Notes: generated from the sequence alone by a model not told the origin. A stretch of DNA of 64,000 nucleotides from Candidatus Methanogranum gryphiswaldense (GCA_019262145.1 CP076745.1:119093-183092), one strand, 5' to 3'. Positions 9,418 through 20,272 are shown, numbered from the stretch's first letter. Translations and numbers: made by a program.

Positions 9418-9873
9418 ATGACCATGGAGAGAACCTATCTTATGATCAAACCCGACGGAGTACAGCGTGGACTCTGCGGGGACATCATCGCCCGCTTTGA
9501 GAAGAAAGGATTGAAGCTTATCGCAATGAAGTTCATGCACATCTCAAAAGAGGTCGCTGAGAATCATTATGGTGAGCACAAAGGGAAGAAGTTCTACGAT
9601 TCCCTGATCGCATACATCACATGCGGACCCGTACTTGCAATGGTATGGGAAGGCGAGAACGCGGTAGCGGTATGCAGAGGCATGATGGGAAAGACAAATC
9701 CTCAGGATTCTCCTCTTGGGACGATCCGTGGAGATTATGGAATGGTAACAGGAATGAATCTCATTCATGGTTCCGATTCCCCCGAGGCCGCTGCAAAAGA
9801 GATCTCGATCTTTTTCAAACCAGGAGAGCTGATGTCTTATGACAGAACTCTCGATAAGTGGATTTACGAATAA
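9418..9873 (+). CDS. ndk: Nucleoside-diphosphate kinase
   Basis: ERTYLMIKPDGVQRGL and the active-site NLIHGSD. The ORF-track start at 9301 overlaps rpl24e; the true ATG is at 9418. Confidence 0.95.
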   Translation: MTMERTYLMIKPDGVQRGLCGDIIARFEKKGLKLIAMKFMHISKEVAENHYGEHKGKKFYDSLIAYITCGPVLAMVWEGENAVAVCRGMMGKTNPQDSPLGTIRGDYGMVTGMNLIHGSDSPEAAAKEISIFFKPGELMSYDRTLDKWIYE

Positions 9874-9911
9874 ACCTTTTTCAAACCATTTCTTATTTCC
9901 GAAAGGTGATC

Positions 9912-11660
9912 ATGATGGCTATAAGACAACCTGTTGTAAGTGTTCTTGGGCATGTTGACCACGGTAAGACTAAACTTTTGGATAGGATCAGGGGTACTTC
10001 TGTTCAGGCCAGAGAGGCCGGGGCGATCACTCAGCACATAGGTGCGACGGAAGTTCCGATTGAGCACATTTATAAGGTGTGCAAAAAACTTATAGGAAAT
10101 AAAAAATTCGACGTTCCAGGATTGTTGTTTATTGATACTCCGGGGCATCATTCTTTTGTAACGCTTCGTGCCAGAGGGGGATCTTTGGCCGATCTCGCGG
10201 TGCTTGTTATTGATATACGTGAGGGACTCATGCCTCAGACAATCGAGTCTATACACATCCTCAGACAATACAAAACACCTTTTGTAATAGCCCTCAATAA
10301 GATCGATACCATACAGGGGTGGATCAGTGAAGAATGGCGTCCTTTTATAATATCTGAAAAGACCCAGCAGCAACATACTCTTGATGCCTTTAATGAAAAA
10401 CTGTATAACATAATGGGGCAGCTTTCTCAAGAAGGAATATCAGCCGATAGATACGATAGAATCGACGATTTCACAAAGACAATTGCACTTGTTCCAATCA
10501 GTGCCAAGGAAGGAGAGGGTGTGCCAGATCTTCTTCTTGTGCTAATAGGTCTTGCGCAGCGTTTTCTCGAACAACAGTTGGCAAAGGGAGAGGGACCTGG
10601 AAGGGGAACGATCCTTGAGATCAAAGAGGAGAAAGGCCTCGGGATCACAATGGACATGATATTGTATTCTGGAACCATAAAAAAAGGAGATACAGTTGCA
10701 TTGGGTACTAGAGGAGCGCCATTGATCACTAAGGTGAAAGCGATCCTCAAACCAAAACCATTGGATGAGATCCGCGACCCTAGGGACAGATTCGATTCTG
10801 TAAAGGAGATCACAGCAGCTGCAGGTGTGAAAATATCCTGTCAGAACATGGAAGGAGTGATCGCTGGGGCACCCATAAGAGTCGTGAAAGGTGCAAATGA
10901 TCCTGCAATATCTGAAATGACCGAGGAGACCAGTATCAAGATCGAGACCCAGGAAAAGGGAATAACGATCAAGGCAGATGCTATCGGATCACTTGAGGCT
11001 TTGGCGTTCGAAGCCAAGGCTGCGGGCATACCTATAAGGAAATATGGTGTGGGCGACATAAACAGAAGAGACATCGTCGAGACTGCATATGGTGACAAGG
11101 TCAACAGCGTGATACTCGGGTTTAATGTCGACATATCGAAGGATGCTGAAGAAGAGCTTTCAAAATTGAATATCAAAGTAATGACCAGTCAGATAGTGTA
11201 TGCTTTGATAGAGGATTATCAAGATTGGGTGGATGAGTCCAAAAGGAAAACGAATACAGACCTCAGGTCGGAGTTCGCTTTTCCTGCTAAATTCAAGATA
11301 CTTCCAAATTGTATCTTCCGTGTAAGCAAACCCGCAATAGTCGGAGTGCGTGTGTTGGCTGGACAAATAAGGATCGGAGAGCATCTGATAACGGTCGACG
11401 GTAAAGATGCCGGAAAGATAAAGAGCATTCACACAGGGGAAGACGCTCTCAAAGAGGCCAAACAGGGTGACGAGGTGGCCTTAGGTATAGACGGAGTCAC
11501 TGCTGGTAGGCACATCAACGAGGAAGACATCCTTTACGTGGACCTGATAGGTTCTGCAGTAAAGCAATTGGCGAAGTTGGATCTTACGGAAGACGAAAAG
11601 ATGGCAATGAGCGATATTATCGGCATCAAGAGAAGAGATGAACCATTCTGGGGAATGTGA
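9912..11660 (+). CDS. infB: Translation initiation factor aIF5B (IF2-type GTPase)
   Basis: G-domain motifs [13 protein letters not shown] and NKID, about 580 aa. The ATG at 9912 is preceded by AGGTGA. Confidence 0.95.
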   Translation: MMAIRQPVVSVLGHVDHGKTKLLDRIRGTSVQAREAGAITQHIGATEVPIEHIYKVCKKLIGNKKFDVPGLLFIDTPGHHSFVTLRARGGSLADLAVLVIDIREGLMPQTIESIHILRQYKTPFVIALNKIDTIQGWISEEWRPFIISEKTQQQHTLDAFNEKLYNIMGQLSQEGISADRYDRIDDFTKTIALVPISAKEGEGVPDLLLVLIGLAQRFLEQQLAKGEGPGRGTILEIKEEKGLGITMDMILYSGTIKKGDTVALGTRGAPLITKVKAILKPKPLDEIRDPRDRFDSVKEITAAAGVKISCQNMEGVIAGAPIRVVKGANDPAISEMTEETSIKIETQEKGITIKADAIGSLEALAFEAKAAGIPIRKYGVGDINRRDIVETAYGDKVNSVILGFNVDISKDAEEELSKLNIKVMTSQIVYALIEDYQDWVDESKRKTNTDLRSEFAFPAKFKILPNCIFRVSKPAIVGVRVLAGQIRIGEHLITVDGKDAGKIKSIHTGEDALKEAKQGDEVALGIDGVTAGRHINEEDILYVDLIGSAVKQLAKLDLTEDEKMAMSDIIGIKRRDEPFWGM

Positions 11661-11760
11661 GCTCAGGTTGTTTTAATTAGAAAATTGTTGTTCAGGATGC
11701 TTCTGTACACACCAAACCTTTATAAACGCTCTTAATATAGGGCGGTTTACAGGTGTTCAA

Positions 11761-12168
11761 ATGGTAGAATTTAAAACTATCGTAAATGATGTTAAGACCG
11801 GCAAATCTTATAATGTTACCGTGTCTGGATACCACGCGAGCTCTCTGGATGGAAAGAACATCGGAGACGTCGTGGATGGAATATTTGTTGGACTTCCCGG
11901 ATATAAGCTTATGATAACGGGCGGAAGCGACGGAAACGGAACTCCGATGAGAGCAGACCTTCCCGGAAAGAAGAGGAAGAAACTTCTCTTGTCCAACAGT
12001 CTCGGATATCATGAGGTCTATCACGGTGAGAGGAGAAGGGTCGCTGTTCGCGGTTCCACAGTATCCTCTGAGATCGTGCAGGTCAACATGAAAATTACAG
12101 AGTACGGACAAAAATCCATTGAGGAATCTTTTGCCTCAGCAGCTGAGACTCCCACGGAGCACAAATGA
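11761..12168 (+). CDS. rps6e: Ribosomal protein S6e
   Basis: 135 aa containing [29 protein letters not shown]-like CTTTATAAA lies about 40 nt upstream. Confidence 0.9.
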   Translation: MVEFKTIVNDVKTGKSYNVTVSGYHASSLDGKNIGDVVDGIFVGLPGYKLMITGGSDGNGTPMRADLPGKKRKKLLLSNSLGYHEVYHGERRRVAVRGSTVSSEIVQVNMKITEYGQKSIEESFASAAETPTEHK

Positions 12169-13403
12169 AGGTCCCTAAGCAACCTGAGATCAATATCGGA
12201 ATGATCGGACACGTCGATCACGGAAAGACAACGCTGACAAAGGCACTTTCCGGCGAATGGACCGATCGTCACTCTGAGGAAGTAAAAAGAGGGATTTCGA
12301 TTCGTCTCGGGTATGCAGATGTAGCTTTCTACAAATGCCCTAACTGTCAAGGTCCTGCGGCATACGGTACTTCTAGCGAGTGTAAGAACTGTGGTGCTAA
12401 AACAGATTTCCACAGAGCCGTATCATTCGTCGATGCTCCTGGTCATGAGACCCTTATGGCAACCATGCTTTCTGGAGCAGCCCTCATGGACGGTGCGCTC
12501 CTATTGGTGGCCGCTAACGAGAAGTGTCCTCAGCCCCAGACCAAAGAACATCTTATGGCATTATCGATCATAGGTATCGATAAGATCATAATTGTTCAGA
12601 ACAAGATAGATATCGTCACCCGCGAACAGGCGGTTGAGAATTACAAACAGATCAAGGAGTTCGTTAAGGGAACGGTCGCGGAAAACGCACCGATAATACC
12701 AGTCTCAGCCAACCGCGGCGTCAACATAGATATGCTGATAGAGGCGATCGAGGAGAACATAGTATCCAAGATACAGAGGGACGAGAAGGCACAGCCTTTA
12801 ATGCATGTCGCACGTTCTTTCGATATCAATTCTCCTGGAACCACTCCTGATAAAATGAAAGGCGGTGTGGTCGGAGGTACCCTTATACAAGGTAAGTTGA
12901 AGATCGGTGATGACATCGAGATCGTACCGGGAAGAAGGGTGGAGGTCGCAGGTAAAGTTACCTACGAGAAGATCACTGCAAAGGTCATGTCCCTCGAGGC
13001 AGGCGGAAGGAGTGTGAAAGAGGTTCTCCCAGGAGGCCTTATCGCTATCGGTACCGGCCTAGATCCCTCGATAACAAAATCAGATGGACTTACTGGAAGA
13101 GTAGTTGGAAAACCTGACCATCTTCCGTTGGTTACCCATGATTTCATCATGAAGACCGTTCTTCTTGAACGTGTGGTCGGTTCTTCGGCGGATCTGATGG
13201 TCGATGAGATCAAAAGTAACGAACCTTTGATGTTGAGCGTCGGTACTGCTACCACCGTAGGTGTCGTAAAGAGTGCTAGAGGCGGTTCAGCAGAGGTTGT
13301 CCTGAAGATCCCGGTGTGCATACTTCCAGGTCAGAGGGTGGCAATCTCGAGAAGGATATCCAACAAGTGGAGACTTATCGGATACGGGATCATAGATCAG
13401 TGA
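12165..13403 (+). CDS. eif2g: Translation initiation factor aIF2 gamma subunit
   Basis: [10 protein letters not shown], zinc knuckle CPNC...CKNCG, DAPGHE and QNKID. ATGA overlap with rps6e. Confidence 0.95.
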   Translation: MKVPKQPEINIGMIGHVDHGKTTLTKALSGEWTDRHSEEVKRGISIRLGYADVAFYKCPNCQGPAAYGTSSECKNCGAKTDFHRAVSFVDAPGHETLMATMLSGAALMDGALLLVAANEKCPQPQTKEHLMALSIIGIDKIIIVQNKIDIVTREQAVENYKQIKEFVKGTVAENAPIIPVSANRGVNIDMLIEAIEENIVSKIQRDEKAQPLMHVARSFDINSPGTTPDKMKGGVVGGTLIQGKLKIGDDIEIVPGRRVEVAGKVTYEKITAKVMSLEAGGRSVKEVLPGGLIAIGTGLDPSITKSDGLTGRVVGKPDHLPLVTHDFIMKTVLLERVVGSSADLMVDEIKSNEPLMLSVGTATTVGVVKSARGGSAEVVLKIPVCILPGQRVAISRRISNKWRLIGYGIIDQ

Positions 13404-13408
13404 AGTCC

Positions 13409-13768
13409 ATGCAAACAGTGGTTCTTGATACAAACGCTTTACTAATGCCTTTTGAAATGAATCTTAACCTTGATCTTTTAGTCACAGATGTTCTCGGTGA
13501 GGCTCGCATGGTCATTCCAGAACCTTTATTGGGAGAACTCGCTCGGTCAAAGAATAAGTATGCGAAGGTAGCACTTGCGCTTTCTAAGAAATATGAGGCG
13601 ATACCAGCTGGATCACGCGGTGATGATTCAGTCATAGAAGTAGCATTGAAGACCAGAGGAATAGTGCTTACAAACGATCGCGAGCTCAGAAGTAGGTTAA
13701 GAATGTTAGGGGTCCCGTTGCTTTTTCTCCGCTCGGGGACCCATTTGATCCTTGAAGAACACGACTGA
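13409..13768 (+). CDS. PIN-domain protein (Fcf1/Utp24-like, archaeal COG1412 type)
   Basis: VVLDTNALLMPFE and IVLTNDRELRSRL. Conserved position directly after aIF2-gamma. The ORF-track start at 13316 overlaps eif2g. Confidence 0.7.
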   Translation: MQTVVLDTNALLMPFEMNLNLDLLVTDVLGEARMVIPEPLLGELARSKNKYAKVALALSKKYEAIPAGSRGDDSVIEVALKTRGIVLTNDRELRSRLRMLGVPLLFLRSGTHLILEEHD

Positions 13769-13769
13769 A

Positions 13770-14249
13770 TTATTCAACGATCTCTGCCTTTTCGATGACG
13801 ACAGGGGTCAAAGGTTTGTCGTTACAATCCGTGCTGACCTTGCTTATCTTGTCGACTACGTCCATGCCTTTTAGAATGGTCCCGAAGACAGGATGGGCAT
13901 AAGGTGCGCGATGATCTTCTTTGTCAAGATAGGTGTTGTTTACCAGGTTAATGAAGAACTGGGATCCTCCAGAGTTAGGACGTCCTGTGTTGGCCATGGA
14001 AATTGTCCCTCTAATGTTGGAGTGTCCTTTTCCGAATTCATCCTCTATTGTGTATCCTGGTCCGCCCATCCCGGTTCCGTCAGGATCTCCACCTTGGATC
14101 ATAAAATCTGGGATAATACGGTGGAAAATGATCCCATCGTAGAAACCTTTTTTTACAAGTTTTAAGAAATTGCCTGTGGTTATGGGCATATCATCATGCA
14201 TTTTGATGGTTATGTCTCCCATTGTTGTATGAAAGATGACCTTTGTCAT
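13770..14249 (-). CDS. Peptidyl-prolyl cis-trans isomerase, cyclophilin type
   Basis: FHRIIPDFMIQGGDPDGTGMGGPGY and SMANTGRPNSGGSQFFINL. Confidence 0.9.
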   Translation of the reverse strand: MTKVIFHTTMGDITIKMHDDMPITTGNFLKLVKKGFYDGIIFHRIIPDFMIQGGDPDGTGMGGPGYTIEDEFGKGHSNIRGTISMANTGRPNSGGSQFFINLVNNTYLDKEDHRAPYAHPVFGTILKGMDVVDKISKVSTDCNDKPLTPVVIEKAEIVE

Positions 14250-14328
14250 GTTTCCTGATTCCCAGCGATGGTTAATAAATGTATCCGAATAATAAATGTG
14301 TGTTAACAGGGCTTTATGCCCAGTTATT

Positions 14329-14847
14329 TCAATTAAGGTATTTCACACAGTCTTCAATTCCCAGGTCGGCACCCTTTTTCATAAGCTTTAATCCCAATTC
14401 TTGTCCTTGAAATGAGGATTTTCCTGTGCAAAGTGATTCTGCCACTTCGTATAGAAGATCCGGTACTTTTTTGAGGTCGTCCGCATCCTCATATTCAAAA
14501 AGTTCAGATAGAAGGCCCGTAGTCTCTTCTTCGTCGAATTCCGGGTCGTATCCCTTTATGTAAATTTTTGCCAGGTATAGTGCGGCCACATAGCATCCAT
14601 CGTCAACAGAGTCTGAATACCAGGATACGGCTGCATCAAGGTCCTTGGGTGCCCCTACACCAGTTTCGTACATTCTAGCGATACAGAATTCTGCGGCTTC
14701 GTTTTCCATTTCTGCGGCTTTCATCATTATTTCAAATGCTTTAGCATCGTCCTTATCACGGTAGGATATACCTTCCTCGTACAATTTTGCAGAGATCTCG
14801 TTTGTTTTGTTTTTAGAGAAAATGCCCATGTTTGCCATATTGAACAT
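14329..14847 (-). CDS. Sel1/TPR-like repeat protein
   Basis: 172 aa. AAEFCIARMYETGVGAPKDLDAAVSWY is a typical Sel1 repeat, with further helical repeats. Confidence 0.65.
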   Translation of the reverse strand: MFNMANMGIFSKNKTNEISAKLYEEGISYRDKDDAKAFEIMMKAAEMENEAAEFCIARMYETGVGAPKDLDAAVSWYSDSVDDGCYVAALYLAKIYIKGYDPEFDEEETTGLLSELFEYEDADDLKKVPDLLYEVAESLCTGKSSFQGQELGLKLMKKGADLGIEDCVKYLN

Positions 14848-15001
14848 TGACCGATATATTGTTTGTCTTTTTTGTAATGAAAAATATCAGTCCAATCTAA
14901 AAATTTTCATCTTATTTTTCATTCATATATGAAAACGTTGTAATTTTTGAAAGAGTAAAATGAGTTTAATTCTGCATTCATGGATTTGATGCACCTGTTG
15001 G

Positions 15002-15925
15002 TCATATTAGTTTTTTTAACCTTAGCAATATGGTAACAAGCATGCAAATGATGATCGTCACTATGATGATCGTAATGAACGCTAACGGACTGGATGCTAT
15101 CGGGAGATGTACATTCATTCCGTAAAGGCCTACAATTATCATTGGGATGGACAGAATGATTGTTATTGCCGTTAGCCATCTCATATTGACGTTAAGTTTT
15201 ATGGTTATTACTGTTGAGAATAGGTCTCTTGTGCTGTTCACAATCTCACGATAGATAGTGGCCATTTCGATGGCTTGTTGATTCTCGATTATGACCTCGT
15301 CCAACTTTTCTATATGTGCGGCATTGGTTTTTTCTTTAACATACTTGCTCATATTATTGAGTACTAGATTGAATCCTTTCAGAGAAGTGACGAAATGCAC
15401 GAGTCCTATTTCCATACGGTGCAGTTCTAACATATCGGAAGTGTCGATAGCTGAATGCAGCCTGTCTTCCATTTTTTTACGGGCATCGTTGATCTCTATG
15501 AGATTTTGCTGATATTCCTCGGATATCATGTACATGAGACGAATGGCGAATCCTACAGCATCTTCGAGACCGGATTCGTTGCACATTTGAGGAAGACGTT
15601 TTTCTGCTATTCTCGGGTCCGCGCTGCAGACAGTGACTATCTTATTATCGCTGACTATGACCGATAGAGGAACGGTGATGAATCCGCTGTTATCGGTCTT
15701 ATAAGGCACGTCGATTATCATTGACATTATATTGTTGTCAGATTCCCATCTGGAGCTTTCCTCGGAATCCGTGGCAGCATTTAGGAGATATGGGCTGATG
15801 TTGAGCTTTTCTGAAATTGTGTGAAGCTCAAATGCTGTGGGTTTGGTTATTCTGATCCAAACACCATTACCAATTTCGGTTACGGGTTCTATTTCTCCCC
15901 CTGCAATTTTGAAAAGCTTTATCAT
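15002..15925 (-). CDS. corA: CorA-family magnesium/cobalt transporter
   Basis: 307 aa with a cytoplasmic N-domain and two C-terminal TM helices carrying the YGMN signature (GLYGMNVHLP). Confidence 0.85.
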   Translation of the reverse strand: MIKLFKIAGGEIEPVTEIGNGVWIRITKPTAFELHTISEKLNISPYLLNAATDSEESSRWESDNNIMSMIIDVPYKTDNSGFITVPLSVIVSDNKIVTVCSADPRIAEKRLPQMCNESGLEDAVGFAIRLMYMISEEYQQNLIEINDARKKMEDRLHSAIDTSDMLELHRMEIGLVHFVTSLKGFNLVLNNMSKYVKEKTNAAHIEKLDEVIIENQQAIEMATIYREIVNSTRDLFSTVITIKLNVNMRWLTAITIILSIPMIIVGLYGMNVHLPIASSPLAFITIIIVTIIICMLVTILLRLKKLI

Positions 15926-16340
15926 CAGACGAAGATAGGAAAGATATTATAAATCGATTTTCAAAATATTTCTACAATACCTATGATTTAAATTCAAATT
16001 ATTACTTGTATTTTTGAAGAATTATTTTTGATCAAGAAGTAATTACGTATTTACAATTATGATTTTACTGAATTGTTTAAGGTTCACGAGAGTTTATAGT
16101 TTGAAAAAAGATCGAATTAGAGCACGTTACATTTTTTGTAAACGATATATGAAAAAATAGGTAAATTTTTTTTTACAATATTTGTTATGAAGTCTTTTTG
16201 AATTTGAACATATTCATTTATTATCTTTTAGGACGATCCTCTATTGTTATGTATTGTTTGCACACATGATTCCTTGAGAATGTGGGTTGGAGATATGTAA
16301 AATTGTTGTTGGACCATGTTTGGGATGATAGGAAAGCTAT

Positions 16341-17492
16341 ATGCGTGAAAATGGGTTAAGTGAGAAAGAAGTGTGCACAAGGCTAGATCAGGCTTATGCA
16401 CGTGATATCAGATATGATAGCGGTAAGATATTATGCTCAATGTGCACGAATTCGCATCAAGTTGCAAAATTAGCTCAGGAATTATTTGTGGATTCAAATC
16501 TGGGGGATCCTGGACTTTTTCAAGGATCCATAGGGTTGGAAAAGGAAGCCATTTTCGAATTAGGTTCCTTGTTGCATTGTGATTCATGTGTGGGCCACAT
16601 TGTTTCAGGCGGTACGGAAGCGAATTTGTTAGCTATGTACGCTGCAAGAGAAATTGCAGAAACTCAAACGCCAGAGATCATTGTTCCTGAATCGGCGCAT
16701 TTTTCGTTCAATAAGATATGCAGTATGCTTAGGATAAAGATGGTACCGGCCAGTGTAGATGAGTCGTATAGGGTTGACATCTTGGATGTAAAAAGACACA
16801 TCAACAAGAATACGATCGCGGTTGTAGGCGCAGCAGGTACAGTCGAATTAGGTGTCATAGATCCGATAGAAGACCTTTCGTCGATTGCTTTGGATCACGG
16901 AGTCCCATTACATGTTGATGCAGCTTTTGGTGGTCTGGTAATTCCATTTTTGAAGGATATTGGTTATTCGGTTCCAGATTTTGATTTCAAATTAGAGGGT
17001 GTTCAATCCATTACTGTGGATCCTCATAAGATGGGTCTGTCGATAATTCCAGGTGGCGGAATATTGTTCCGTGATAGTCGCATGATGAAAAAGATCAGAA
17101 CAGAGACGCCATATTTGACAGCACAGTATCAATGTACCTTTGTAGGGACTAGACCAGGAGCTTCAGCCGCAGCAGCATGGGCAGTTTTTTCTACAATGGG
17201 TCGTGAAGGATTTAGGAAAAACGTCTCTTATTGTATGGAACTTACAGATTATTTGCAAAAGGAACTGGAAGATGCAGGATTTGAGGTATTGATCAAGCCC
17301 ACGATGAATGTTCTAGCATTCCGTAGTAAGAACGCGAAAGCGTTGGTAGGCGTGTTGCGGCAAAAAGGTTGGTATGCGTCATATGTTCCTCGTATCGATT
17401 GTGTTCGTATCGTACTCATGGCTCACACGACAAAACAGCACCTATTAGATTTCATGGAATGTTTGAAAGAGACGGAAGCAAATGATATTTGA
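16341..17492 (+). CDS. mfnA: PLP-dependent group II decarboxylase, MfnA type (tyrosine/aspartate decarboxylase)
   Basis: 383 aa with SGGTEANLLAMYAAR and the PLP-lysine motif SITVDPHKMG. Size and order match archaeal MfnA. Confidence 0.85.
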   Translation: MRENGLSEKEVCTRLDQAYARDIRYDSGKILCSMCTNSHQVAKLAQELFVDSNLGDPGLFQGSIGLEKEAIFELGSLLHCDSCVGHIVSGGTEANLLAMYAAREIAETQTPEIIVPESAHFSFNKICSMLRIKMVPASVDESYRVDILDVKRHINKNTIAVVGAAGTVELGVIDPIEDLSSIALDHGVPLHVDAAFGGLVIPFLKDIGYSVPDFDFKLEGVQSITVDPHKMGLSIIPGGGILFRDSRMMKKIRTETPYLTAQYQCTFVGTRPGASAAAAWAVFSTMGREGFRKNVSYCMELTDYLQKELEDAGFEVLIKPTMNVLAFRSKNAKALVGVLRQKGWYASYVPRIDCVRIVLMAHTTKQHLLDFMECLKETEANDI

Positions 17493-17527
17493 TCGAATAA
17501 AAGGGTATAGGGCTTTAATTAATTTCG

Positions 17528-18757
17528 GTGATCATATTGAACATTTTAATTTATGAGCATGTCTCGGGCGGCGGTTCTGTAAACGAACCGATGTCTTCTA
17601 GTTCGTTGAGTGAGGGATTCGCCATGCTTCGTGGGGCGGTATCAGATTTCAAGGCGGCAGGTCACAACGTCATTGTTTTATTGGATCCACGTTTTGCAGT
17701 AATAGATCCTCCATTGGACGCTGATCGTATCATATTCGTTAAAGGTGATGTTCGTAATACATTGATCGAGGCTTCTAAGGATGCGGAAGCTGCACTTATA
17801 ATTGCACCAGAAACCGAAATGACCTTGTCTTCCATGGTAGAATTTGTAGAGAGTATTGGATTGTTATCATTGAATTGTGATGCTGATGCCATCACGGAAG
17901 CAACAGACAAAGCATCGCTTTACAAACACATGAATCGTATCGGAATACGTGTTCCAGATACTTTTCTTTATAGTGTGAAAGATTTCGCGTATATCGTGCA
18001 GGCAGGTCGGAACATAGGTTTTCCTTTGGTGATTAAGCCTGTTAACGGTGCTGGTTGTAGGGGTATAAGCATTGTCAAAGACGAGCAGGAGATCATGGCA
18101 GCTGTTGATAAGATACAGGCAGAATCTCCAGACACGCAGATCCTGGTCCAGAAGTTCATCGAAGGTACTTCTGCCAGTGTTAGTTTGGTATCTACCGGTA
18201 AAGTGGCTGTGGCGATCAGCCTCAACAAACAGCAGATAACATTAGCGTCTCCGAATGGGACTTCAAGTTACAATGGCGGAGAGACACCGTTGGAGCATTC
18301 TCTTAAGGCCAAAGCGTTCGAGATCAGCGAGCGTGTGATCGAGTCTTTTCCAGGACTCAAAGGATATGTGGGGGTCGATTTGATTCTTTCAAAAGAGGAA
18401 GTATTTGTGATAGAGGTCAACGCCAGGCTCACATCTTCTTATACCGGGCTAAGAAAAATAATCAAAATCAATGTTGCAGAGGCCATAATGGATGCGATAC
18501 TCAAAGGTAAGCTTCCAGAGAAAATAGATTACAACGGATATTCGCGGTTCTCGAAGATCTCCATCGAGGGAATTACTCCTAATGCATACACTAGAACATA
18601 CAATATGATCGGAATCGCATCACCTCCCTTTCCTACAGGAGAGGCCGTCGTTTACTCGATGGTCGTGTCCAAGGGCCCCACTCCAGAGTTAGCGTTAAAA
18701 AGGTTCAACCAGGCAGAAAGGAAGATTCAGCAGATATGCCATGAAAAGATCGATTGA
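17528..18757 (+). CDS. ATP-grasp enzyme (MfnD/COG1821-like, tentative)
   Basis: 409 aa with ATP-grasp core motifs GFPLVIKPVNGAGCRGISIV and VFVIEVNARLTSSY. GTG start, 35 nt downstream of mfnA. Confidence 0.7.
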   Translation: MIILNILIYEHVSGGGSVNEPMSSSSLSEGFAMLRGAVSDFKAAGHNVIVLLDPRFAVIDPPLDADRIIFVKGDVRNTLIEASKDAEAALIIAPETEMTLSSMVEFVESIGLLSLNCDADAITEATDKASLYKHMNRIGIRVPDTFLYSVKDFAYIVQAGRNIGFPLVIKPVNGAGCRGISIVKDEQEIMAAVDKIQAESPDTQILVQKFIEGTSASVSLVSTGKVAVAISLNKQQITLASPNGTSSYNGGETPLEHSLKAKAFEISERVIESFPGLKGYVGVDLILSKEEVFVIEVNARLTSSYTGLRKIIKINVAEAIMDAILKGKLPEKIDYNGYSRFSKISIEGITPNAYTRTYNMIGIASPPFPTGEAVVYSMVVSKGPTPELALKRFNQAERKIQQICHEKID

Positions 18758-18763
18758 GGGTTA

Positions 18764-19753
18764 TTAGAAAATGGATTTCAAATGCCCGTATCCTTCTTTT
18801 TCCATCGAATCATATGGTATGAATCTCAATGATGCGCTATTTATGCAGAAGCGTGTACCATTAGGTGACTCAGGGTCATTGTAGAAAACATGACCGAGGT
18901 GCGAGTTCCCTGCACGACTGCGTGCTTCTATCCGATGCATGCCATGACTGTCGTCCTTCAACATTACTATTGTGTTGGCATCTATGGCTGATTTGAATCC
19001 TGGCCATCCGCAGGAAGTATCGAATTTGTCTCTAGAGGAGAACAGGGGTTCTCCAGTTACCACGTCGACATATATTCCTTTTTCTTTTTTCATATGGTAT
19101 TCATTCACGAACGGACTTTCTGTATTTCCTTCCTGTGTGATGGCATATTGTTCCGGCGTTAGGGTTTGTCTGATATCCATTTCAGAAGGTCTTTGGTAAT
19201 CGGCAGGGTTCACGATCATTTTCGCTATTTCATTCATTTTTTCTTCAGATATATGACAGTAACCTCCGGGATTTTTATCCAGGTAGTTTTGATGATATTC
19301 TTCTGCGTTGTAGAATGATCTCAATGGTCCGATCTCTACTGTGAAGGTCGTGTGACGCTTCCTCTCGATATTCGATATGCGTTCAACAGTAGCTTTCGAT
19401 CCTTCATCCGTATAGTAAATGCCGGTTTGGTACTGGGTTCCTTTGTCATTCCCTTGTGCGTTCATCACCGTGGGGTCTATTATGCGGAAGAAGGCGAACA
19501 GAATAGCATCCAAACTTATCTTATCGGGGTCGTATTCAATACGCACTGTCTCGCGAAATCCTGTTTTTCCTGTACAAACAGATCTGTAATCTGCGCAATC
19601 TTCGGATGATCCATTGGCATATCCGTTGGTGGCATCGATTACACCAGGGATCGATTGCATAAGTTTTTCTAATCCCCAAAAACAGCCACCTGCTAGATAG
19701 ATCGTATTTGTGCTTTGTTTTCTATTATGACTGTAATCATCGGATGAGATCAT
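18764..19753 (-). CDS. msrAB: Bifunctional methionine sulfoxide reductase MsrA-MsrB fusion
   Basis: N-terminal MsrA motif GGCFWG. C-terminal MsrB motifs CGWPGF and RFCINSASL. Confidence 0.9.
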   Translation of the reverse strand: MISSDDYSHNRKQSTNTIYLAGGCFWGLEKLMQSIPGVIDATNGYANGSSEDCADYRSVCTGKTGFRETVRIEYDPDKISLDAILFAFFRIIDPTVMNAQGNDKGTQYQTGIYYTDEGSKATVERISNIERKRHTTFTVEIGPLRSFYNAEEYHQNYLDKNPGGYCHISEEKMNEIAKMIVNPADYQRPSEMDIRQTLTPEQYAITQEGNTESPFVNEYHMKKEKGIYVDVVTGEPLFSSRDKFDTSCGWPGFKSAIDANTIVMLKDDSHGMHRIEARSRAGNSHLGHVFYNDPESPNGTRFCINSASLRFIPYDSMEKEGYGHLKSIF

Positions 19754-19952
19754 ATTTACTCAAACACATATTGTAATCTCTTGTATTAGACCTATTGATT
19801 GAATAAATTTTAGATTTTAGTAAGATAAAAGTATGATCTGTTCACTGATATCTTATTAAAGAATCATATGAGGCATAATTCAAATTGCTAAAATGTCGTT
19901 TTCTTTATTAAAAAAATGTACTAAAGTGCAAACTATGTTTAAAATTCGCAGG

Positions 19953-20026
19953 CGGGCCTGAAGGGATTCGAACCCTTGGCCGCTCGATTAAGAGTCGAGC
20001 GCTCTACCTAGCTGAGCTACAGGCCC
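19953..20026 (-). tRNA. tRNA-Lys (anticodon CUU)
   Basis: Hand-folded 74-nt cloverleaf: acceptor GGGCCUG/CAGGCCC, D stem GCUC/GAGC, anticodon stem CUCGA/UCGAG with loop CUCUUAA, T arm AAGGG-UUCGAAU-CCCUU. CCA is not fully encoded and there is no intron. Confidence 0.9.
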
Positions 20027-20053
20027 ACGTATCGGACCTCTTCATTGCTTTCT

Positions 20054-20064
20054 CATAAATAAAA
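20054..20064 (-). promoter_or_regulatory. TATA-like box for tRNA-Lys
   Basis: The minus strand reads TTTTATTTATG about 28-38 nt upstream of the tRNA 5' end. Confidence 0.35.
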
Positions 20065-20272
20065 CTGTCTGTTGAATTCTTGTTCAGAAGCATCATCCAA
20101 CGGGTAAAGGTCTAGCCAATTGATTTTTTTGTTAGGATCATGTAATGCTGATCTTTACATGACATCTGTTCTATCAATGGTCGTTTGCATTTGCATCATT
20201 CATATTGGTTGTATTGTACTATTTTCTAGATCAACGCAAATTAATATATCGCCCTCGCATATTCTGATATCG

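Noticed and set aside
15926-16340. The 415-bp very AT-rich intergenic region between corA and mfnA, considered as a possible replication origin.
   Set aside because: I found no ORB or mini-ORB-type repeats and no adjacent orc1/cdc6. There are only loose TTTACAAT-like words and one 10-nt direct repeat, GATAGGAAAG (about 15934 and 16328), which is within chance expectation for this length. It is more simply two divergent promoters.
19754-20272. The tRNA-Lys with AT-rich flanks, considered as an integration hotspot or remnant of a mobile element.
   Set aside because: There is no integrase, no phage or plasmid genes nearby, and I saw no direct repeat of the tRNA 3' end. The flanking genes (msrAB, CBS protein) are ordinary.
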